Assembly (NCBI GenBank): GCA_038116935.1
Contig: JAYOFA010000005.1
Span: forward strand, 42,208 to 106,207
Source of the DNA: Candidatus Puniceispirillum sp.
GTDB lineage: Bacteria; Pseudomonadota; Alphaproteobacteria; Puniceispirillales; Puniceispirillaceae
Direction of reading: 5' to 3'
Length of the DNA: 64,000 bases
The stretch's first letter is position 1. Every line of letters begins with the position of its first letter. The notes beneath the pieces are model-generated. The model was not told where the DNA came from, made no database searches, and worked only from the letters and a program-made list of their open reading frames with translations. Of this stretch, positions 57,293 through 64,000 are shown one piece after another. Both the position numbers and the translations under genes were made by a program.

Positions 57293-58552
57293 ATGGGTGT
57301 GAATTTCTTCACAGATATTCTGTCAAGCCTTCTTGATCGCGCCCCCGGATTAACCCGTCGGTCGGCCGATGACAGCCAGCCTTTGGAAAGCCTGTGTGCC
57401 GGATTGCTATCAAGCCGTGGCGAGATATCCGGCATGTCGCTTGCCCAGTCGATTCTTGATCGTTATGCCGGACTTGATGATGCCGGAAAGCGCGCTTTTT
57501 TCGCCTATCTTGGCACCGCGCTTGACGTGCCGTCAGATGCCGCGCTGACTGCGCTGAAAATGTACCAGTCCGACCCGACAGCCGCACATTATGCAGCGCT
57601 AATCAATGCGGTCGAACCGCCACGATTACAGTTGATCCGCCGCCTGAACCAAAGCCATGATGCGACCGCGCGGCTGGTTTCAATGCGTGCCGATTTGGTT
57701 GCGATGCTGAAGACGGCACCAGAACTGGCACCGCTTGATGTTGATTTCAAGCATTTGTTTATATCGTGGTTCAATCGCGGCTTTCTTGTGTTGCGGCCGA
57801 TCAGTTGGTCGAGTCCGGCGCATATTCTGGAAAAGATCATCACTTATGAATCGGTCCATGCGATCCAAAGCTGGGATGATCTACGGCGCCGTTTGCAACC
57901 GGCCGATCGGCGTTGTTTTGCCTTTTTCCATCCAGCGATGCCGGATGAGCCGCTGATTTTTGTCGAGGTTGCGCTGTCTCGTGGCACACCAAGCTCGGTG
58001 CAGGATATCTTGGCCGACAACCGCACCGCGATGGCCGCCAGCGATGCTGACACCGCCGCTTTCTATTCGATTTCAAATTGCCAAGCCGGGCTTGCCGGTA
58101 TTTCATTTGGCAATTCCTTGATCAAGACCGTGGTACAGAATCTGTTGCGTGAGCTACCGCAGATTCGCACCTTTGTCACCTTGTCGCCGATACCCGGCCT
58201 GATGTCATGGCTCCGCGATGCCGGACATGATGACAAGCTGGCTGATGCGGATGCGGCACCGGGATTAGCTGCCTATTATTTACTTCATGCCAAACATCGC
58301 ACCGGTCAACCGCTGGATCCGGTGGCGCGGTTTCACCTCAACAACGGTGCGTCGGTTGCGGCGCTTCATGCGAAGGCTGATATTTCGGCAAAAGGCATGG
58401 CGCAATCTTGTGGTGTCATGGTAAATTATCTTTATGACCTGACCAAAATAGGCGACAATCATGAAGCCTTTGCCAATCAACATACGGTGATTGCCGATAA
58501 ATCTGTTCGATCACTGGCCAGCACCGCTGGCATCGACAGCCAAACCGGTTAA
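57293..58552 (+). CDS. Malonyl-CoA decarboxylase
   Basis: MCD family features (..VARFHLNNGASV.. C-terminal catalytic region), ~420 aa. Adjacent to a malonyl-CoA synthetase-like gene. Confidence 0.82.
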   Translation: MGVNFFTDILSSLLDRAPGLTRRSADDSQPLESLCAGLLSSRGEISGMSLAQSILDRYAGLDDAGKRAFFAYLGTALDVPSDAALTALKMYQSDPTAAHYAALINAVEPPRLQLIRRLNQSHDATARLVSMRADLVAMLKTAPELAPLDVDFKHLFISWFNRGFLVLRPISWSSPAHILEKIITYESVHAIQSWDDLRRRLQPADRRCFAFFHPAMPDEPLIFVEVALSRGTPSSVQDILADNRTAMAASDADTAAFYSISNCQAGLAGISFGNSLIKTVVQNLLRELPQIRTFVTLSPIPGLMSWLRDAGHDDKLADADAAPGLAAYYLLHAKHRTGQPLDPVARFHLNNGASVAALHAKADISAKGMAQSCGVMVNYLYDLTKIGDNHEAFANQHTVIADKSVRSLASTAGIDSQTG

Positions 58553-58588
58553 CCTGCCGCCTATCCGCATTCCACAGGAAAATTTTTG

Positions 58589-60097
58589 ATGTCCAATCTG
58601 CTCTTTGATCGTTTGTTCGGCTGCCATGCCGGTGAAACCAAGCCATTCCTGATTTTTGCTGATGGAAGCCACCAATCCTATGACGGATTTTTGCGGCAGA
58701 CGGCGCGCTTTGCGAATGTGATCACTGATCTTGGACTGGTGATTGGTGACCGGCTTGCCGCCCAGGTAGAAAAATCAGCAGCGGCGCTGGCGCTATATGC
58801 GGCCTGTGTGCAGTCAGGGGTCATTTTTCTGCCACTGAATACCGCCTACACACCGGCCGAGGTGTCGTATTTTGTGGGTGATTCAGGTGCCAAGCTGGTG
58901 GTGGCCGATGCCGGGTTTGATCTGGCGGCGGTGGCGGCAGAGCATGGGGCGGTCTTAGAAACACTGAATGCCGATGGTGGCGGCAGTTTTGCCGACCGCG
59001 CCGCAACCGCCAATGAAACCTTTGCCACCGTCAATCGTGGGGCCGATGACTTGGCCGCCTTTCTTTATACGTCCGGTACAACTGGTCGGTCCAAAGGCGC
59101 GATGTTGACCCAGCGCAACCTGCTGTCAAATGCCGAAACGCTGATTGATGAATGGCGCTTTACCGCTGATGACGTTTTGCTTCATGCGCTGCCAATTTTC
59201 CATACGCACGGTCTTTTTGTTGCAACCAACATTATTCTTTTGGCCAAGGCCAGTATGATTTTTCTGCCAAAATTTGCTGTCGATCCGGTGTTGGCATTGT
59301 TACCAAAAGCCAGCTCAATGATGGGCGTGCCAACCTTTTACACGCGGCTTTTGGATGATCCGCGCCTGACCCCGGATCTGACCCGTCATATGCGGCTTTT
59401 CATTTCTGGCAGCGCGCCGCTACTGGCCGAGACGCATATTCAATTCGAGCAGCGCACCGGCCATCGTATTCTTGAACGCTATGGCATGACCGAAACCAAT
59501 ATGAATACCTCGAACCCGTATGATGGCGAGCGGCGGGCTGGCACGGTCGGGTTTGCCTTGCCCGGGGTCGATATAAAAGTGACAAACCCCGAAACCGGCG
59601 CAACCTTGCCCGATGGCGAGATAGGCCAGATCGAGGTGCGGGGCCCGAACGTATTTGTCGGCTATTGGAATATGCCTGAAAAAACCCGTGAAGAATTGCG
59701 TGAGGACGGATTTTTTATCACCGGTGATTTAGGGCGGATTGATGAAAAAGGTTATCTTGTTATTGTTGGTCGCAACAAGGATTTGATTATCTCCGGCGGC
59801 TACAACATCTACCCCAAAGAGATCGAGCTATTACTGGATGAGCAGCCGGGTGTTGTCGAAAGCGCTGTAATCGGCGCGCCGCATCCTGATTTTGGCGAGA
59901 GCGTTGTTGGTATTCTGGTAGCTGAAAAAGGCCAGTCGATCGATGTGGCTGCGATTGAGGCCAATCTTGGCACGTCGCTGGCGCGGTTCAAACAGCCGCG
60001 AAAGCTGATCGTGGTAGACACGCTGCCGCGCAATACAATGGGCAAGGTCCAAAAGAATATTTTGCGCGACAGCTATGGTGATGTGTTTCAGGCCTAG
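58589..60097 (+). CDS. matB: Malonyl-CoA synthetase-like AMP-dependent ligase
   Basis: AMP-binding FLYTSGTTGRSKGAML and GDLGRIDEKGY. The pairing with the decarboxylase suggests MatB. ATG at 58589. Confidence 0.8.
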   Translation: MSNLLFDRLFGCHAGETKPFLIFADGSHQSYDGFLRQTARFANVITDLGLVIGDRLAAQVEKSAAALALYAACVQSGVIFLPLNTAYTPAEVSYFVGDSGAKLVVADAGFDLAAVAAEHGAVLETLNADGGGSFADRAATANETFATVNRGADDLAAFLYTSGTTGRSKGAMLTQRNLLSNAETLIDEWRFTADDVLLHALPIFHTHGLFVATNIILLAKASMIFLPKFAVDPVLALLPKASSMMGVPTFYTRLLDDPRLTPDLTRHMRLFISGSAPLLAETHIQFEQRTGHRILERYGMTETNMNTSNPYDGERRAGTVGFALPGVDIKVTNPETGATLPDGEIGQIEVRGPNVFVGYWNMPEKTREELREDGFFITGDLGRIDEKGYLVIVGRNKDLIISGGYNIYPKEIELLLDEQPGVVESAVIGAPHPDFGESVVGILVAEKGQSIDVAAIEANLGTSLARFKQPRKLIVVDTLPRNTMGKVQKNILRDSYGDVFQA

Positions 60098-60133
60098 GGC
60101 CGGCTAAAAGTGCCAGGGCGTCATGCTGGCCGG

Positions 60134-60562
60134 TCAGCCGGTTTCGCCAACCAGTCCTGCCGCTTCAATACCGGCCAGTGCCGCTGTTTCGTCATTGTCG
60201 GATGTGTCGCCAGAAATACCGACAGCGCCCAACAGGGTGCCATCGGCATCACGAATCAATACGCCGCCTGGTACCGGCACAAAATCACCACCCGCCAAGC
60301 CGTTCATGGCCTGAATAAAATAAGCCTGTTGTTCAGCCCGGGCCATCAAGGCGCGCGACCCAAGGCCAATTGCAATGGCCGCATTGGCTTTGCCGAACGC
60401 GATCCGCCAGCGCATTTGGCTGACATCATTTTCTGACTGGCACGCGACCAGCGCGGCGCGCGGGTCAAGAACAGCGACACTGATCGGCTTTAAGCCAAGG
60501 TCGCGGGCTTTGGCAAGGGCGGCCTCGGTAATGATACGGGCTTGATCCAGAGTAATGGTCAT
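60134..60562 (-). CDS. GlcG/HbpS-like (DUF336) heme-binding family protein
   Basis: MTITLDQARIITEAALAKA.. and GGVLIRDADGTLLGAVGISGDTSDNDE, typical of DUF336. Start trimmed to the ATG at 60562. Confidence 0.8.
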   Translation of the reverse strand: MTITLDQARIITEAALAKARDLGLKPISVAVLDPRAALVACQSENDVSQMRWRIAFGKANAAIAIGLGSRALMARAEQQAYFIQAMNGLAGGDFVPVPGGVLIRDADGTLLGAVGISGDTSDNDETAALAGIEAAGLVGETG

Positions 60563-60713
60563 AATGGGTTCCTTTTGTTTGGCCGGCCAGAGGTGTTGGC
60601 GGGCGACAGTGGCATTGGGCCGATGCGCCAAGCCACAGGGTAACAGCTACGGTTTGCCACCCGTTTGTAGCTGTCTTGCCGTGGCGGGGCAAGGGCGCAA
60701 ACCGCACTTGGTT

Positions 60714-62060
60714 TTATGCCGCTTTGGCCAGCATCGCGACCGTTGCTTGGCGTAATTTATAGGCCGCTGACGTTGTGTCCAATTTGACATCATCCAGCCG
60801 GATCGGCTGGTCTTTTTTGACCGGCCGGATCAATTCAACATGATTGGCAAGTCCTAGCGGCAGGTAATTATTGGCGACCGACAGGGCGGCTGGCCGGACC
60901 CCCCCATAAATTGTAAAACCGCCTTCGCCATCAAGCATCGTGCCTTGGCCAAGATCAGCCTTGGCGATCGCCGGAACATCGGCGTTGAAACAAACGGCAG
61001 CACCTGTCGCCTCGCCACGGATCCCTACCGAGGCCACGGACATGCCCAATTCAAGGCCGATAAGATGCCATTTTTTGTAAAGGCTCATATAGCGGCCGCT
61101 GCTATCGGTCACGACCTTATATTCCTCAAAACAGTTGCGGATATAATCGGTATCAGCTTCGATCGCGACCCACACCCCTTTGCGGATGTCATTGGCGATT
61201 TGTGCCCCATCGCTGGTCAGGCAGGAGACCACCTCGACAAGGCCGGCCTTATCAAGAATGCCCCCCTCGCTTTTGGGGCGCATCAAATTGGGAATGTCAT
61301 CAACGCCGCCAGATGGAAAGGCAAGCCCCTGTTCTGGCACGCCAAGCCCGGTAGCATTTGCAATTGCGGCTGACTCAATGGCCGGCTTTGATCCGTCAAG
61401 GAATGAGTTGAACATTTTGGGGTTCAGCCGGCCCCGCGCTGCCTGCGCGGCGGTTAGGCCCCAATAGTCCCAAATCGTTTCGGGCGTCGAAAACCGATAT
61501 TCAGGAAGCCATTTATGGCCGCGGCCGGCGGCCACCACGGTAAACCCACAGGTGCGGGCCCAGTCGACAAGTTCACAGGTCAACGCCGGTTGGTCGCCAT
61601 AGGCCATCGAATAGATCACCCCGGCATCGCGCGCTGCCGCGGCCAGCGCTGGGCCACAAAAGGCGTCAGCCTCGACGGTGGCGTTGATCACATGTTTGCC
61701 TTCACCAAAAGCGGCGACCGCATGCGCCACCGCGGCGACCGGATCGCCAGTGCATTCGACAACTATATCGATCGCCGGATGGGATACCAATGCCTGCCAG
61801 TTGTCACCAATAAAGGTGGTGCCACTTGTTGCGGCATGATCCAGTGATGGCGCGGCATACCGGTCCGCCGGCCAACCGACAAGCGCCAAGTTTGAGGCGG
61901 CATTGGTCGGCCGTAAATCGGCAATCCCGACGACATGCAGACCGGGAAGGCGCGCGGCTTGGGCCAAAAACATAGTGCCAAATTTGCCAGCGCCAATCAT
62001 GCCAACCCGGATCGGCTTGTCTTGGCGCGCCCGCTGTTGCAGTTTTGAAAAGAGATTCAT
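60714..62060 (-). CDS. NAD(P)-binding oxidoreductase, homoserine-dehydrogenase-like with probable C-terminal SAF domain (COG4091-like)
   Basis: Rossmann motif IRVGMIGAGKFGTMF, ~448 aa. The family assignment is from memory of this architecture. Start trimmed to the ATG at 62060. Confidence 0.65.
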   Translation of the reverse strand: MNLFSKLQQRARQDKPIRVGMIGAGKFGTMFLAQAARLPGLHVVGIADLRPTNAASNLALVGWPADRYAAPSLDHAATSGTTFIGDNWQALVSHPAIDIVVECTGDPVAAVAHAVAAFGEGKHVINATVEADAFCGPALAAAARDAGVIYSMAYGDQPALTCELVDWARTCGFTVVAAGRGHKWLPEYRFSTPETIWDYWGLTAAQAARGRLNPKMFNSFLDGSKPAIESAAIANATGLGVPEQGLAFPSGGVDDIPNLMRPKSEGGILDKAGLVEVVSCLTSDGAQIANDIRKGVWVAIEADTDYIRNCFEEYKVVTDSSGRYMSLYKKWHLIGLELGMSVASVGIRGEATGAAVCFNADVPAIAKADLGQGTMLDGEGGFTIYGGVRPAALSVANNYLPLGLANHVELIRPVKKDQPIRLDDVKLDTTSAAYKLRQATVAMLAKAA

Positions 62061-62269
62061 GGCCGATGGCTCCGCCTCGTTGCTGGATAGGTAACAGGCT
62101 TGACGATATCGGCATGTCCAGATGGTCACAACAAGAAACCGCATCGGATTCCCGCGGCACGCTATAAAGCCGGACATACAGTTTAGAAAATTGTGCCAGC
62201 GCTCACAATCTGTCGATCCCTGTCGTTACATCTAACGCAAGAAAACCGCGCATCGTGGTAAAACAGACT

Positions 62270-62875
62270 ATGGACAAAACCCGTATGAGCATTTGTCGTG
62301 CCATTGGACTAGGTTGTTTGGGCTTATGGTTGGCGGGCTGCAGTGTTGTCGTGTTTGAAGACAGCTCGGTCTGCCCGGCTCCGGCCGCGGCTAGTTGTCC
62401 GGCCGCGCCGCTACCGCAGCCGGACCCCGAGGTAGTTGACACCCCCCCGGCCAAAGCTGAGCCGGGGCCAGCCGCACCACCAGCCCCGCCGGCCAAAGCT
62501 GAGCCGGTGCCGGTTGCAGCGCCTGAGCCGGTGAGTCCGGTGGCTGGCCATCGGTCATATTTTGCTTATGATAGCGCTGTCTTGGACAAGGTAGCCTTGG
62601 CAGGATTGGTTTTTGTCGCGGATTCTTTGAAAACTGACAAGAGCAGCACCATTCTTGTCGAGGGGCATTGTGACGAACGTGGCACCCGTGACTATAATCT
62701 TGCGCTTGGCGAAAAGCGGGCCGCCGCGGTACAGGCGGCACTGGTCAGGCTTGGTGTTGCCAAAGCGCGTATCCGCATCATTTCCTACGGCAAGGAACGT
62801 CCGGCCGATCGCGGCAATACCGAGGCGGCGTGGACTAAAAATCGACGCACTGTGATCCGGTTCAATCCATCTTGA
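62270..62875 (+). CDS. pal: Peptidoglycan-associated lipoprotein (Pal/OmpA-C family)
   Basis: Lipobox LWLAGCS, Pro/Ala-rich linker, OmpA-C motifs ILVEGHCDERGTRDYNLALGEKRA and NRRTV. No tol genes are adjacent. Confidence 0.82.
   Translation: MDKTRMSICRAIGLGCLGLWLAGCSVVVFEDSSVCPAPAAASCPAAPLPQPDPEVVDTPPAKAEPGPAAPPAPPAKAEPVPVAAPEPVSPVAGHRSYFAYDSAVLDKVALAGLVFVADSLKTDKSSTILVEGHCDERGTRDYNLALGEKRAAAVQAALVRLGVAKARIRIISYGKERPADRGNTEAAWTKNRRTVIRFNPS
62447..62507 (+). repeat. In-frame 42-nt tandem duplication in the Pal linker
   Basis: The 19-nt perfect repeat CCGGCCAAAGCTGAGCCGG occurs at 62447-62465 and 62489-62507, encoding PAKAEP twice. Confidence 0.9.
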
Positions 62876-62957
62876 TGGCCACTGGCTAACGCCGGCAGGC
62901 TTGCCAAACGCGCTGCCGGTTGCCAAGCTGCACCGTCACATGTCATGGAAAACAGGT

Positions 62958-63692
62958 ATGACAGATCCGGCATTGGTAACAATAGTGATGATCAGTTTTG
63001 CTCTTGCCGGACTGGTCAAGGGCGTGGTCGGGCTTGGACTACCGACGGTCAGCTTGGGCATTCTCAGCTTGTTTGTCGACTTGCCCACCGCGATGGTGCT
63101 GTTGATCATGCCATCTTTATGCACGAATATTTGGCAGGCGCTCGCCGGTGGTGGTTTTCGGCAACTGGTTTGGCGGCTATGGCCGTTTTTGCTGGCGGCG
63201 ATCTTTATGGTGCATGTTGGTGGTGCCTTGTTCACACGGATCGATGTGGCGTTTCTTGAACGCTGTCTTGGCGTGCTGTTACTGCTTTATGCGGTGAGTG
63301 GGCTGATTGGTCGGGTGCCACATATTACCCCCGATCGCGAGCGGCTGATCGGTGTTGCCTTTGGGGGGATCAACGGGCTTTTGACCGGGTTGACCGGGAC
63401 CTTGTTTGTACCGGGGGTGATGTTTTTACAAGCGCTCAACCTCCCCCGAGACCGGCTGGTTCAGGCTATGGGCATGTTGTTTGCCGCATCAACCGCGTCG
63501 CTTGGCATGGCGCTGTTTCGGAACGGGCTGATCCTGCCCGGCCTTGGCGCTCTGTCTGGCCTGGCGCTGCTGCCCGCCTTGGCTGGCATGTATGGCGGGC
63601 AGATTTTACGCCGGCATGTATCTGAAGATCTGTTTCGCCGGTTATTTTTGGTCATGCTTGGCGGATTGGGGCTGTGTATCAGTCTTGGATAA
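62958..63692 (+). CDS. TauE/SafE-family (DUF81) anion exporter membrane protein
   Basis: Glycine-rich multi-TM protein (VKGVVGLGLPTVSLGILS.., GGINGLLTGLTGT..) typical of TSUP/TauE. Start set to the ATG at 62958. Confidence 0.75.
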   Translation: MTDPALVTIVMISFALAGLVKGVVGLGLPTVSLGILSLFVDLPTAMVLLIMPSLCTNIWQALAGGGFRQLVWRLWPFLLAAIFMVHVGGALFTRIDVAFLERCLGVLLLLYAVSGLIGRVPHITPDRERLIGVAFGGINGLLTGLTGTLFVPGVMFLQALNLPRDRLVQAMGMLFAASTASLGMALFRNGLILPGLGALSGLALLPALAGMYGGQILRRHVSEDLFRRLFLVMLGGLGLCISLG

Positions 63693-63756
63693 TTCGCCAC
63701 GGCTGGTAAGCTGGTGATCCCTGCAATGGTAAAGGTTTGGTTCCGTGTCCCAATTT

Positions 63757-64000
63757 ATGATGCCTGTTGATAATTTTTTCCGGTCGGCGGCCCGATGGCC
63801 GGACCGTGTAGCGGTCGAAATCCTTGATGAGACCGGTCATTGCCAGATCAGCTATCAAGATTTGGCGGTGCAGGTGAATGCGCTGGCGGTGGCGTTGCAA
63901 GCCATTGACCCAGCCCCGCAAAGCCGGGTCGGTATTTGCGCCTATAACAATGTTCAGCATTTGCTAGGATGGCTTGCCACCTATGCGGCTGGCAAAACTT
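63757..64000 (+). CDS. AMP-dependent synthetase/ligase, N-terminal fragment (runs off the window)
   Basis: Manual translation MMPVDNFFRSAARWPDRVAVEILDETGHCQISYQDLAVQVNALAVALQAI..VGICAYNNVQHLLGWLATYAAGK has the typical acyl-CoA ligase N-terminal pattern. Not in the ORF track because there is no stop in the window. Confidence 0.6.
   Translation, partial: MMPVDNFFRSAARWPDRVAVEILDETGHCQISYQDLAVQVNALAVALQAIDPAPQSRVGICAYNNVQHLLGWLATYAAGKT

Noticed and set aside
62182-62198. TTTAGAA-AAT-TGTGCCA as a second Irr-box
   Set aside because: Only the left half-site matches. The right half shares 1-2 of 7 positions with TTCTAAA.
63679-63960. 93-aa minus-strand ORF at the right edge
   Set aside because: It is antisense to the plus-strand reading frame, which shows a clear acyl-CoA ligase N-terminus (PDRVAVE..ISYQDL..). 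It has no motifs of its own.

Overview
This 64 kb window is densely coded core chromosome from what looks like an alphaproteobacterium. The indicators are irr next to fabA-fabB-fabI, regB/regA (actS/actR type), metZ, and fpg-rpsT-dnaA next to ubiE-ubiB-coaBC-dut. I call 56 protein genes, nearly all housekeeping. In order they are: maeB (partial), mutS-glnD-murJ, trpS, an Nfu-type Fe-S protein, tsaB-rimI, miaB-phoH-ybeY-corC-lnt, metK, trmB, rimP-nusA-ylxR-infB-rbfA-truB-rpsO-pnp, galE, fabI-fabB-fabA (minus strand), irr, katG, moeB-dut-coaBC-ubiB-ubiE (minus strand), fpg, rpsT-dnaA-dnaN-recF-gyrB, regB-regA, DUF1737-metZ, malonyl-CoA decarboxylase and synthetase, a GlcG-like protein, a SAF-domain oxidoreductase, a Pal-like lipoprotein, a TauE-family permease and a partial acyl-CoA ligase. 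I found no rRNA, tRNA, CRISPR array, transposase, integrase, phage gene or recognisable defence gene, and no evidence for a novel multi-gene system. The most interesting signals are small. (1) A near-perfect Irr-box (ICE) palindrome abuts a predicted katG promoter, directly downstream of irr. (2) CoaBC carries a ~70-aa N-terminal Cro/YdaS-like helix-turn-helix extension, supported by a strong Shine-Dalgarno before a TTG start. (3) Four identical extended GANTC sites (CGATTCG) cluster around rpsT and upstream of dnaA. (4) A terminator-like hairpin sits in the pnp leader. The replication origin cannot be placed from this window. All coordinates come from the supplied ORF track with starts refined by eye. 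Family assignments rest on motifs I recognise in the translations, not on database searches.
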